DNA from: Geotalea uraniireducens Rf4
GTDB taxonomy: Bacteria > Desulfobacterota > Desulfuromonadia > Geobacterales > Geobacteraceae
Direction: 5' to 3'
Assembly: GCF_000016745.1 (NCBI RefSeq)
Contig: NC_009483.1
Coordinates: 2,070,001-2,102,000 of the forward strand
Length of the DNA stretch: 32,000 bases
In this document: piece after piece, positions 11,148 through 20,040 of the stretch
Position numbering within the stretch: the first letter of the stretch is position 1
Layout: each line of letters starts with the position of its first letter
Notes under the pieces: model-generated
Databases searched by the model: none
Told to the model about the DNA's origin: nothing
The model's input: the letters and a program-made list of their open reading frames with translations, nothing else
Made by a program: the position numbers and the translations under genes

Positions 11148-12413
11148 ATGAGCAATAAATTGCTCCTCGCCGATGACAGTATCACCATTCAAAAAGTAGT
11201 GGGCATAATCTTCGCCAATGAGGATTATGAGCTTACCGTGGTGGATAACGGTGATGCCGCGCTGGACAAAGCAAAACAGATTTCGCCGGATATAATTCTC
11301 GTTGATGCCTTGATGCCCGGTAAGACCGGCTATGAGGTCTGCGCAGAAGTGAGGCGAGACCCGGCGCTGAAGTCTACACCTCTTCTCCTTATGACAGGGG
11401 CTTTTGAGCCGTTCGATGAGGATAAAGCCAGGCAGAGCGGAGCAGACGACTTTATTTCGAAACCATTTGAATCTCAACAGCTTATTGACCGGGTTAAGAA
11501 GCTTATTGAGCTGGGCAAGGAGAGGGCATCATCCGTACCTCTACAGGAAGCCACGGTGACTGTTGCTCCTGCGATAGAACCTGTAGCAGCGGCCGTCTGG
11601 ACAGAGCCCGCAGTCACATCTGTTTCTTCACCAGCTGCTGCACAATCTGCCAATGACCTGGCTGAAGCATTTTTTGCCGGGGAAGAAGCGTGTGTGGCTG
11701 AACCCGAGGATATATTTCCCTTGGCAGAGGAAGTGGTTGAAGGGTGTCCCGATGACGATCTCTGGGGTGCGTTTGAGATTGAAGAGATTGCTGAGGGCGA
11801 ACCCGTTGAATTCGGCGAGGTTGCTGCTGAAACCGTACCACTCTCCGAGTTTTCCTCTGATATAGAAATTGATGATACTTTTTCTTTTGCCGAAGAAGAC
11901 GATGCCGGTATTGTAGAGACCGGACCGGAGGTGTTCTCCGAAGAACCGCAGGCATTTGGCACCGGATGGGAGCCGGTCGGTGAGCAGACCTTTGCATTTC
12001 GTGAAGAACCGGAAACCGTCGATTTTGAGCAACCTGTTGGGTTGGAGACTGTTCCTGGATTCGATACGCCACCGGCTCCTGCAGCGCAGCCGGAAGTGTC
12101 CGATTTCTTCGATGAAACCGTTGCGCCTGTTGTTGCCGCACCCGCCCCTGCGCCATCTCTTCAGGAGGTTGATCTGCAGTTTGCTCCTGAAGAAGAGTAT
12201 GTTCCCGTCCTTGAGGCCGCTGCACCTTCTGGTGCCGCTTCCGTTGCGCCTGCCGCGCAGCCTGCCGATCTGACCGAGGCGCAGCTTGCAGCGGTTATTT
12301 CCAGTGTCTCACGGGAGATCATCGAAAAGATCGTCTGGGAGGTTGTTCCTGACCTCGCTGAAATGCTCATCAAGGAAGAGATTCGAAAAATCAAGGAAGG
12401 ATCTGTGAGATAA
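11148..12413 (+). CDS. Response regulator: receiver domain, about 250-aa acidic Pro/Ala/Glu-rich linker, conserved C-terminal helix (RomR-like architecture)
   Basis: RBS GAGGAGGG. The receiver has DD (LLADDS), the phospho-acceptor D53 (IILVDALMPG), T (LMTGAF) and K (ISKPF). The linker has almost no basic residues. The C-terminus reads REIIEKIVWEVVPDLAEMLIKEEIRKIKE. The receiver call is secure; the RomR-like label is architecture-based. Confidence 0.8.
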   Translation: MSNKLLLADDSITIQKVVGIIFANEDYELTVVDNGDAALDKAKQISPDIILVDALMPGKTGYEVCAEVRRDPALKSTPLLLMTGAFEPFDEDKARQSGADDFISKPFESQQLIDRVKKLIELGKERASSVPLQEATVTVAPAIEPVAAAVWTEPAVTSVSSPAAAQSANDLAEAFFAGEEACVAEPEDIFPLAEEVVEGCPDDDLWGAFEIEEIAEGEPVEFGEVAAETVPLSEFSSDIEIDDTFSFAEEDDAGIVETGPEVFSEEPQAFGTGWEPVGEQTFAFREEPETVDFEQPVGLETVPGFDTPPAPAAQPEVSDFFDETVAPVVAAPAPAPSLQEVDLQFAPEEEYVPVLEAAAPSGAASVAPAAQPADLTEAQLAAVISSVSREIIEKIVWEVVPDLAEMLIKEEIRKIKEGSVR

Positions 12414-12440
12414 GGTCTGGCGACGTTATAACATTAAACA

Positions 12441-12469
12441 AAAAATGGGGATTTTATATCCCCTTTTTT
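12441..12469 (+). terminator. Short hairpin terminator flanked by A and T runs
   Basis: aaaaaatGGGGAT (stem 12447-12452) / ATCCCC (12458-12463) followed by TTTTTT (12464-12469). Confidence 0.6.
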
Positions 12470-12501
12470 ATTAGAAATTATGAGTGAAAGAGGTTGGTTG
12501 T

Positions 12502-15162
12502 ATGGCTGATAAAGAGCTGACAAAGGTATACGAACCGAAAAGCGTCGAAGAGAAGTGGTACAAAGAATGGGAGAGTAACGGCTATTTCCATGGGGAGGCC
12601 GTTTCTGCCAAACCGTCATACAGCATAGTGATCCCACCTCCGAACATTACGGGTGTGCTGCATATGGGTCATGCCCTCAACAATACGCTCCAGGATATAC
12701 TCTGTCGCTGGAAACGGATGAGCGGTTTCAACGTGCTCTGGATGCCGGGGACCGATCATGCCGGCATTGCCACGCAGAATGTTGTGGAACGTCAGCTTTC
12801 CGCCGAGGGGAAGGACCGTCACGATGTGGGGCGTGAGGCATTCATCGAACGAGTCTGGCAGTGGAAAGCCGAGTCCGGTGGACAGATCATCGGCCAATTG
12901 AAGCGGCTGGGCGCGTCCTGCGACTGGGAGCGCGAGCGCTTCACCATGGATGAGGGGCTCTCCAGGGCAGTGCGAGAAGTGTTCGTCCGCCTTTACGACG
13001 AGGGGCTTATTTATCGCGACAACCGTCTTATCAACTGGTGCCCGCGCTGCCATACGGCGCTTTCCGATATCGAGGTGGAGCACGAGGAAAAGGCCGGCCA
13101 CCTCTGGCACCTCCGCTATCCGGTTGTGGGTACGGAGCGACACCTCGTTGTTGCCACCACCCGGCCGGAAACCATGCTCGGCGATACTGCCGTGGCGGTC
13201 AATCCCAACGACGACCGGTACAGAGACCTGATCGGCGGCATGGTTACACTTCCGCTTGTGAACCGGCAGATACCCATCATTGCCGATGAGTACGTGGACA
13301 TGGAGTTCGGCACCGGCGTCGTGAAGATCACCCCGGCCCATGACTTCAACGACTTCGAGATGGGAAAGCGCCATAACCTGGACCGGATCAACATATTTGA
13401 CGAATCCGGGGTGATCAATGCCGCCGGCCACCAGTACGAAGGGCTGGACCGCTTTGCCGCCAGAAAGCGAATAGTCGCAGATCTTGAAGAAAAGGGCTTG
13501 TTGGAGAAGATCCAGGACCATACCCTGGCCGTCGGTGGGTGCTACCGCTGTAAGACCGTTGTCGAGCCGTACATGTCCCTTCAATGGTACGTGAAGGTCG
13601 GGCCGCTTGCGGAAGAGGCGTTGGCCGCGGTTCGGGATGGCAAAACCCGCATTGTTCCGCAACAGTGGGAGAATACCTATTACGAGTGGATGGAGAACAT
13701 CCGCGACTGGTGCATCTCACGTCAGATCTGGTGGGGACACCGCATACCCGCATGGTATTGCGATCATTGCGGAGAGATCACCGTGGCAAAGGTCGATCCG
13801 ACCGCATGCGCAAAATGCGGCAGCGAAGAAATCCGCCAGGAAACCGACGTGCTCGATACCTGGTTCTCGTCCGCCCTCTGGCCCTTTTCCACCATGGGGT
13901 GGCCGGATAAGACCCAGGAACTGGCAAGCTTCTATCCCACTTCCTGCCTCGTTACCGGCTTTGACATCCTCTTTTTCTGGGTGGCGCGGATGATGATGAT
14001 GGGCCTTCATTTCATGGAGGAGGTGCCGTTCAGGGACGTCTACATTCATGCCCTGGTGCGTGACGCCCAGGGACAGAAGATGAGCAAGTCCAAGGGGAAC
14101 GTCATAGACCCGCTGACCGTCATCGAGGCATACGGCACGGACGCTTTCCGCTTCACACTGGCGGCCTTTGCCGCACAGGGGCGTGACATCAAGCTGGCGG
14201 AGGAGCGTATCGCCGGCTACCGCAACTTCGCCAACAAGATCTGGAATGCATCCCGTTTTGCCATGATGAACCTGGAGGGATTCGATCCCGATGCCGTCGA
14301 TGCCGACAGCCTTGAGCTGTCCAATGCGGATCGCTGGATACTATTCCGTCTCAATGAAACGGCCGGAGAAGTGGACGAAGCCCTGGCTGCCTACCGCTTC
14401 AACGATGCAGCTGCCGCCCTCTATCGCTTTACCTGGAGCGAGTTCTGTGACTGGTACATTGAGCTGGTCAAGGATGATCTCTATAAGGGCGATAGCCGGC
14501 GACAAGTCACGGCCCGATATGTCCTTTGGCTGGTCCTGGAACATCTGCTGCGGCTGTTGCATCCCTTCATGCCGTTTATTACCGAAGAAATATGGCAGAC
14601 GCTGGCAGGGAAAAAATCCGCGCCCAGCATAATGCTTGCCGATTATCCGCAACGCAAGCAGGAGTGGGACTTCCGCGAAGGGGCAGCCGAAATGGCCCTG
14701 GTTATGGAGGTAATCAGCGCTATCCGCAATATTCGCGGTGAGATGGAGGTTCCCCCCAGCAAAAACATTGCTGCCATCCTCGATTGCAAGTCGGCGGACA
14801 GCCTGAAACTGTTGAAAAAGAACGAGGTCTACATCCTCAGCCTCGCCCGGCTCTCCGACCTTGCCATCGGCCAGGGAGTCGACAGGCCGGCGGACGCCGC
14901 ATTGCAGGTTGCAGGGGATGTGGAGATAGTCGTGCCGCTCAAAGGTTTGGTCAATGTGGAAGAGGAAGAGAAACGCCTCCTCAAGGAAATAGGCAAGATA
15001 GACAAAGATATCGAGTTTCTGGGCAAGAAACTTGAAAATCCCAGCTTTGTTGAACGCGCTCCGGCCGATGTGGTGGAGAAGGAGCGGGAGAAGCTGGCTG
15101 AGTTTGCCAACAAGAAGCAGGTGCTGGAAGAGAGTCTGGAAAAGATCCGGCGGTTGAGGTAG
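12502..15162 (+). CDS. valS: Valyl-tRNA synthetase
   Basis: ATG at 12502 after AAGAGGT. HIGH-type motif PPPNITGVLHMGHAL. KMSKS present (GQKMSKSKGN). C-terminal coiled coil. 886 aa from this start. Confidence 0.97.
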   Translation: MADKELTKVYEPKSVEEKWYKEWESNGYFHGEAVSAKPSYSIVIPPPNITGVLHMGHALNNTLQDILCRWKRMSGFNVLWMPGTDHAGIATQNVVERQLSAEGKDRHDVGREAFIERVWQWKAESGGQIIGQLKRLGASCDWERERFTMDEGLSRAVREVFVRLYDEGLIYRDNRLINWCPRCHTALSDIEVEHEEKAGHLWHLRYPVVGTERHLVVATTRPETMLGDTAVAVNPNDDRYRDLIGGMVTLPLVNRQIPIIADEYVDMEFGTGVVKITPAHDFNDFEMGKRHNLDRINIFDESGVINAAGHQYEGLDRFAARKRIVADLEEKGLLEKIQDHTLAVGGCYRCKTVVEPYMSLQWYVKVGPLAEEALAAVRDGKTRIVPQQWENTYYEWMENIRDWCISRQIWWGHRIPAWYCDHCGEITVAKVDPTACAKCGSEEIRQETDVLDTWFSSALWPFSTMGWPDKTQELASFYPTSCLVTGFDILFFWVARMMMMGLHFMEEVPFRDVYIHALVRDAQGQKMSKSKGNVIDPLTVIEAYGTDAFRFTLAAFAAQGRDIKLAEERIAGYRNFANKIWNASRFAMMNLEGFDPDAVDADSLELSNADRWILFRLNETAGEVDEALAAYRFNDAAAALYRFTWSEFCDWYIELVKDDLYKGDSRRQVTARYVLWLVLEHLLRLLHPFMPFITEEIWQTLAGKKSAPSIMLADYPQRKQEWDFREGAAEMALVMEVISAIRNIRGEMEVPPSKNIAAILDCKSADSLKLLKKNEVYILSLARLSDLAIGQGVDRPADAALQVAGDVEIVVPLKGLVNVEEEEKRLLKEIGKIDKDIEFLGKKLENPSFVERAPADVVEKEREKLAEFANKKQVLEESLEKIRRLR

Positions 15163-15190
15163 GGGCGAACCAGCGTGTTCGCCCTTGATT
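15163..15190 (+). terminator. Hairpin after valS; weak terminator candidate
   Basis: gggcgaac (15163-15170) / gttcgccc (15177-15184) form a perfect 8-bp stem. The tail is only ttgatt, so function is uncertain. Confidence 0.4.
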
Positions 15191-15221
15191 GGGGCAGGTA
15201 TAAGACCCCCCGAGGTATTTG

Positions 15222-16013
15222 ATGTTATCTGTTTTTCCGTTCTACTTTTTTGCCTTTATCTTCGGAGCACTGGTCGGCTCTTTCCTCAATGTCTGTATTT
15301 ATCGGCTGCCGAAAGATGAGTCGGTGGTGTTTCCACCATCCCATTGCCCGAAATGCGATTACAGGATTCGCTTTTATGACAACATTCCCGTCGTCAGCTA
15401 CCTGTTGCTGGGGGGGAAGTGCCGCTCCTGCAAGACCCACATTTCACTTCAATATCCGGCTGTGGAGCTGATAAACGGTTTATTGACCCTGTTCCTCTTC
15501 ATAAAATTCGGAATCACCTGGTCATTCCTCTTCCTGTTCCTGTTTTGCTCAGCCCTTGTCGTCATTACCTTCATCGATCTGGAGCACCAGATAATTCCCG
15601 ATGTGATCAGCCTGCCAGGCATCGTCATCGGCTTTGCCGCATCCTTTCTCCTCCCCTGGCTTGGGTGGAAAAACTCCCTGATCGGAATTTTAATAGGCGG
15701 CGGCAGCCTGCTGATTGTGGCCTACGGCTACCAGTTTCTCACCAAAAAAGAAGGTATGGGCGGCGGTGACATCAAGCTCCTGGCCATGATGGGGGCGTTC
15801 CTCGGCTGGCGGTCTGTGCCGTTCATAATTTTTGTCGCTTCGCTGGTCGGCTCGATCATCGGCATCACCCTCATGGTGGTGCAAAAAAAGGATTCAAAGC
15901 TGGCTATCCCCTTCGGGCCTTTTCTTGCCATCAGTGCGATTCTTTACATCTTCTTCGGCAAGGAGATAATCTGGTGGTATCTTTCGCTGGCCGGCAGCAG
16001 CCCCGGGGGCTAG
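15222..16013 (+). CDS. pilD: Prepilin peptidase / N-methyltransferase PilD (A24 family)
   Basis: ATG at 15222 with GAGG 6 nt upstream. Zn-type cysteine pairs CPKC...CRSC. Catalytic Asp regions FIDLEHQIIPD and GMGGGDIKLLAMMGAFLGW. Confidence 0.92.
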   Translation: MLSVFPFYFFAFIFGALVGSFLNVCIYRLPKDESVVFPPSHCPKCDYRIRFYDNIPVVSYLLLGGKCRSCKTHISLQYPAVELINGLLTLFLFIKFGITWSFLFLFLFCSALVVITFIDLEHQIIPDVISLPGIVIGFAASFLLPWLGWKNSLIGILIGGGSLLIVAYGYQFLTKKEGMGGGDIKLLAMMGAFLGWRSVPFIIFVASLVGSIIGITLMVVQKKDSKLAIPFGPFLAISAILYIFFGKEIIWWYLSLAGSSPGG

Positions 16014-16020
16014 CGTCCGC

Positions 16021-17607
16021 ATGAAGCATTTTCGCGTTTCCCTCACCTTTTCCATTCTCTCCTCGCTCGCCTGCCTGCTGGTCCTTACCTGGGTTCTGCT
16101 CAGTCTCATTTCGTTCAAAACTGCTGAAAAAGATCTCCTGGCCCAGAAGAACGAGGAAGCACGCGTGCTCCTTTCTGCATTTGCGGAAATCGCTCAGGCC
16201 TCGCTGAATCGCATAAACGAAGAATCATCGACTAAAATACTGACCGCGAGACTTGCCCGGGAGAAGGACTTTGCCGGCATTACGGTCATGGATGGGGCTG
16301 GGAAGGCGGTCTATGTCATAGCAGATGCCAGAGGTACAGATGCGACTCTTCAGGCGACATTGAAGAAGGGCAAGGAGTCGTTTGCTTTCACCCCGGACGG
16401 CAAATATATTTTACGATACGCGCCGCTTTACCGGGGAGATACCGTCATCGGCGCGGCCCGCCTGTCGCTCTCACTGGCAAAGGAGCAGGAACGGCTCAAA
16501 GGCTCGCGCCACCTGTTCCTGGCCTATTTTGTCCTCGATTTTCTGCTGTTGCTCGGTTTCGGTTCGTTCATGCTGTCACGGATCGTCGTTGTGCCGATCA
16601 GGAAGCTCCTCGCCGCAACCAAGAGGATTGCCTCAGGCGATTACGGTCATAGCGTACATGTGCCGGGGAGTGCCGAAATAGCCGAGCTCTCTGAATCATT
16701 CAACACGATGGCGGAAGGGTTGGAGAAGAAGCGGGCAGAGGTAGAGCAGACGGTCGATTCTCTGGAACGGGCCAACAAAGCATTGCAGGCTGCCCGTGAA
16801 GAGGCGGTCCGCTCGGAGAAGATGGCTTCCGTCGGTTTGCTGGCCGCGGGAATGGCCCATGAGATCGGCACCCCTCTTTCCGCCATCATCGGCTATGCGG
16901 GAATACTCAGGGACGAGCTTCAGGATGACGCAATCAAAGCCGATTATCTGCGCCGCATTGAAGCCGAATCAGGCCGGATTGACAGGATTGTCCGTGGCCT
17001 GCTCGATTATGCCCGTCCTACGGACGTTCATTGTGAACTTATGGATATATCCGGGCTTCTGACTGAAACAGTTGATCTTCTTGGCGCGCAGGGGGTTTTG
17101 AAGCAGATAACTACCTCGTTGATTCTGGATGATAATTTGCCGCGGGTATTTGTCGATCCGCACCAGTTGCAGCAGGTACTTATCAACCTTATCATCAATG
17201 CGAGGGACGCCATAAAGCAGGGGGGGGAGCTTGAAGTGGCTGCTCGTGCCGGAAAGGCGGAAATGCTTTTTGTCCAGTCTACCTCTGCTCCGGTTTCTGT
17301 CATGGGGAGGCGCAAGGATGATTTTCACGGCGCATTCAGTTATTCCTACCTTAACAGTAGAGACGTTGCCTGCTGGCTGGCCATAGCTGTAAGGGACAAC
17401 GGAGAGGGAATTGCCGCTGAAAACCTGGGAAAGATCTTCGATCCTTTTTTCACGACCAAGGAACCGGGGAAGGGGACCGGGCTCGGGCTTGCCATTTCCG
17501 CCAGGATAATAGATTCTTTCGGCGGCCGGATCATTGCCGAAAGCGAACCGGGAAATGGATCGGTATTGACCATCTGGCTCCCGGTTTTGAAGGATAAGGA
17601 AAGGTGA
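16021..17607 (+). CDS. Sensor histidine kinase (TM - extracytoplasmic domain - TM - HAMP - HisKA - HATPase)
   Basis: H-box AAGMAHEIGTPLSAI. N-box LINLIINARDAI. G-boxes RDNGEGI and GKGTGLGLAIS. Two hydrophobic segments bracket about 150 aa. Lies 8 nt after pilD. Confidence 0.9.
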   Translation: MKHFRVSLTFSILSSLACLLVLTWVLLSLISFKTAEKDLLAQKNEEARVLLSAFAEIAQASLNRINEESSTKILTARLAREKDFAGITVMDGAGKAVYVIADARGTDATLQATLKKGKESFAFTPDGKYILRYAPLYRGDTVIGAARLSLSLAKEQERLKGSRHLFLAYFVLDFLLLLGFGSFMLSRIVVVPIRKLLAATKRIASGDYGHSVHVPGSAEIAELSESFNTMAEGLEKKRAEVEQTVDSLERANKALQAAREEAVRSEKMASVGLLAAGMAHEIGTPLSAIIGYAGILRDELQDDAIKADYLRRIEAESGRIDRIVRGLLDYARPTDVHCELMDISGLLTETVDLLGAQGVLKQITTSLILDDNLPRVFVDPHQLQQVLINLIINARDAIKQGGELEVAARAGKAEMLFVQSTSAPVSVMGRRKDDFHGAFSYSYLNSRDVACWLAIAVRDNGEGIAAENLGKIFDPFFTTKEPGKGTGLGLAISARIIDSFGGRIIAESEPGNGSVLTIWLPVLKDKER

Positions 17608-17610
17608 AAA

Positions 17611-18990
17611 GTGAAAAAAAACGCTGACAATAAGAGCATCCTCGTAGTAGACGATGAGGAAAATCTGCGTCATATGCTTCATGTCATGCTCCAGAAGCAG
17701 GGATATCACGTCGAACTGGCAGTTGAGGGCGCTGAGGCCTTGCGGATGGCTGCACAGAAGGATTATGATTTTATTCTCTGCGACATCAAGATGCCGGTTC
17801 TGGACGGGGTCGGTTTCTTGAAAGGTGCAAACGCAGCAGGCATCAAAAGCACCGTCATCATGATGTCGGCCTATGGTACGGTGGACAGCGCGATCGAGTG
17901 CATGAAGCTGGGGGCGTATGATTATATATCCAAACCCTTTAAAAGTGATGAGATAGGACTGGTCCTGAGAAAGGCGGAAGAGCGGGAAAGACTGAAGGCG
18001 GAGAACAAGCGGCTCAAAGAGGAGATAAACAGGGAATTTTCCTTTGCCAATATAGTCAGTAAAAACGAGCGAATGCATGAAATATTCAACCTTGTTCAGA
18101 AGGTCTGCGATTACAAGACAACGGTACTGATTCTCGGCGAATCAGGGACAGGTAAAGAACTGATAGCCAGGGCTCTTCATTATAACAGCAGGCGCAAAAA
18201 CGCCACGTTTGTTGCGATCAACTGTGCGGCGATACCGGAAAACCTGCTGGAGTCAGAACTGTTCGGGCACATGAAGGGTGCCTTTACCGACGCTTCTTCT
18301 GATAAGGCAGGCCTGTTCGAGCAGGCGAACGGCGGGACCCTGTTTCTGGACGAGATCGGCGAGATGCCCCTTGCTTTGCAGGTGAAACTTTTGCGCGTAT
18401 TGCAGGATGAAGAAATCAGGGTGGTGGGGGGAACTGTAACGAAGAAGATCGATGTGCGGGTGATTTCCGCCACTTCGAAGCACTTGGAACAGGAAATCGC
18501 GGCAGAACGCTTTCGGGAAGACCTCTATTTCAGGCTGAATGTCTTCAGTCTCACCCTGCCGCCGTTGCGCGAAAGGCAAGAGGATATTCCCCTGCTTGCT
18601 GCCCATTTCATCGAAAAATACGGGCGGAAAATGGCTAAACACGTGGCGTGCTATACTCCCGAAGCCCTCAAGTTGCTTATGGACTACAGCTGGCCGGGGA
18701 ATGTCCGGGAACTGGAAAACTGCATCGAGAGGGGACTGGTCCTGTGCGAGGGAGAAGCGCTGGATGTGGAGTGTCTGCCGGAAAAACTGCGGAGCATGGA
18801 TGGCAGGGGACGGGGGGCGGGGATGGCCTTCGACGGCTTTTCAATAAAGCGCGCCGAAGAAAGTCTCGAAAGGGCGCTGATCAGAAAGGCGCTCGATGAA
18901 ACCGGCGGCAACAGGACCCATGCGGCAAGGTTGTTGGAGATAAGCCACCGGGCGCTTTTGTACAAAATCAAGGAGTACGGGATGGAATAA
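17611..18990 (+). CDS. Sigma54-dependent response regulator (NtrC/PilR family: REC + AAA+ + Fis-type HTH)
   Basis: GTG start 3 nt after the kinase stop. Receiver D (ILCDIKMP). Walker [15 protein letters not shown]-type loop (KGAFTDA). Walker [10 protein letters not shown]-terminal [27 protein letters not shown]. Confidence 0.92.
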   Translation: MKKNADNKSILVVDDEENLRHMLHVMLQKQGYHVELAVEGAEALRMAAQKDYDFILCDIKMPVLDGVGFLKGANAAGIKSTVIMMSAYGTVDSAIECMKLGAYDYISKPFKSDEIGLVLRKAEERERLKAENKRLKEEINREFSFANIVSKNERMHEIFNLVQKVCDYKTTVLILGESGTGKELIARALHYNSRRKNATFVAINCAAIPENLLESELFGHMKGAFTDASSDKAGLFEQANGGTLFLDEIGEMPLALQVKLLRVLQDEEIRVVGGTVTKKIDVRVISATSKHLEQEIAAERFREDLYFRLNVFSLTLPPLRERQEDIPLLAAHFIEKYGRKMAKHVACYTPEALKLLMDYSWPGNVRELENCIERGLVLCEGEALDVECLPEKLRSMDGRGRGAGMAFDGFSIKRAEESLERALIRKALDETGGNRTHAARLLEISHRALLYKIKEYGME

Positions 18991-19122
18991 TCCAAACCTT
19001 TTTGCGGGATTAACGGCTCTTGCTATGAAATAAATGCATAGTGTTGGGGCGGTGTATTGACTGTCATTGTCTAAGTTGCTTAAATCGCGTAATATTTTAG
19101 CTGGATTGTTCTGTACGAGCAT

Positions 19123-19138
19123 TGGCATGTGAGTTGCT
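19123..19138 (+). promoter_or_regulatory. Sigma54 (-24/-12) promoter
   Basis: TGGCATG-TGAG-TTGCT versus consensus TGGCACG-N4-TTGCW. Spacing is exact with a single mismatch. Lies 48 nt upstream of the ATG at 19186. Confidence 0.65.
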
Positions 19139-19185
19139 AGTCATACTGTGCGGAATCATGAAACGATTGAGAGGTAGAAATTTAC

Positions 19186-19968
19186 ATGTATAGAGTAATG
19201 GTGCTTACAGGACTGATGTTGGGGCTCTCGGCCGGCAGTGCACTCGCCATGGCAAAGGAAGGGTGCGGTGGCGAGTGCGTCTCGTGCCATTCGCTCAGCG
19301 AAAAAGAAGCTGGTACGCTGTTAAAGGGATTGGGGACGGTAAAATCCGTCAAGCCGTCACCGGTGCGAGGACTCTATGAACTACGTCTGGAGAAGGACGG
19401 TACCCAGGCAATCGCCTATGTTGATTATGGGAAGAAAAACATCATTGCCGGGCAGATATTCGATATCGCCTCCCGCCAGCTGGTTACCACAAAAATTACA
19501 GCGTCGCCAATAAAAGCAGAGAAGATAGATGTCGGCAAAATTCCCCTGGACAATTCCCTGGTCATGGGTAACGCGAATGGAACTAAGAAGCTTTTCGTCT
19601 TTACCGACCCGGATTGCCCCTACTGTGCAAACATGCACGCTGAACTGAAAAAGCTGGTGGAGATGGACAAAGATATCGCGGTTTATGTCAAGCTCTTCCC
19701 GTTGGAGATGCACCCGAAGGCCTACGACAAGTCACGGCTGATTCTGTCTGAAAACTCCCTGAATCTTCTGGATACGGCCTTTTCCGGCGGCAAGTTGCCT
19801 GAACCTCTGGCAAAGCATTCAGGAAAGGGTGTTGATGAAACCAAGGCTTTTGCCAGGTCTGTCGGCATCAGTTCTACGCCGACCCTGGTACTGCCGGACG
19901 GGCGGATACTGCCGGGGTTCAGGGATGCCTTAGCGGTAATGAGATCGGTTAACGGTGAAACACAGTAA
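19186..19968 (+). CDS. Periplasmic DsbC/DsbG-like thiol:disulfide isomerase with an N-terminal CXXCH motif
   Basis: Signal peptide ...SAGSALA. DsbC-type N-terminal domain (GLYELRLEKDG...YVDYGKKNIIAGQIFD). Thioredoxin active site CPYC (19615-19626). Extra C-x3-C-x2-C-H cluster at 19264-19290. Confidence 0.8.
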   Translation: MYRVMVLTGLMLGLSAGSALAMAKEGCGGECVSCHSLSEKEAGTLLKGLGTVKSVKPSPVRGLYELRLEKDGTQAIAYVDYGKKNIIAGQIFDIASRQLVTTKITASPIKAEKIDVGKIPLDNSLVMGNANGTKKLFVFTDPDCPYCANMHAELKKLVEMDKDIAVYVKLFPLEMHPKAYDKSRLILSENSLNLLDTAFSGGKLPEPLAKHSGKGVDETKAFARSVGISSTPTLVLPDGRILPGFRDALAVMRSVNGETQ

Positions 19969-20040
19969 TGTTTTTTCCCTTCCGATATTAATTGTCGTGT
20001 TGAGGTTTTAACCAAGATAAACCATCAAGGGGTGGATGCA

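Noticed and set aside
11474-12273. Several 100-200-aa ORFs in other frames and strands over the response-regulator linker
   Set aside because: They arise from the low-complexity GA/GC-rich linker sequence. The + strand frame is continuous with a bona fide receiver domain and a conserved C-terminus.
12414-12501. Possible T-box or leader element upstream of valS
   Set aside because: The region is only 88 nt and is occupied by a small terminator hairpin. It is too short, and no specifier or T-box consensus was seen.
12616-13662. 348-aa minus-strand ORF
   Set aside because: It is antisense to valS and has no recognisable domains.
16969-18078. 369-aa minus-strand ORF
   Set aside because: It is antisense to the histidine kinase and sigma54 regulator genes, both of which have full motif sets on the + strand.
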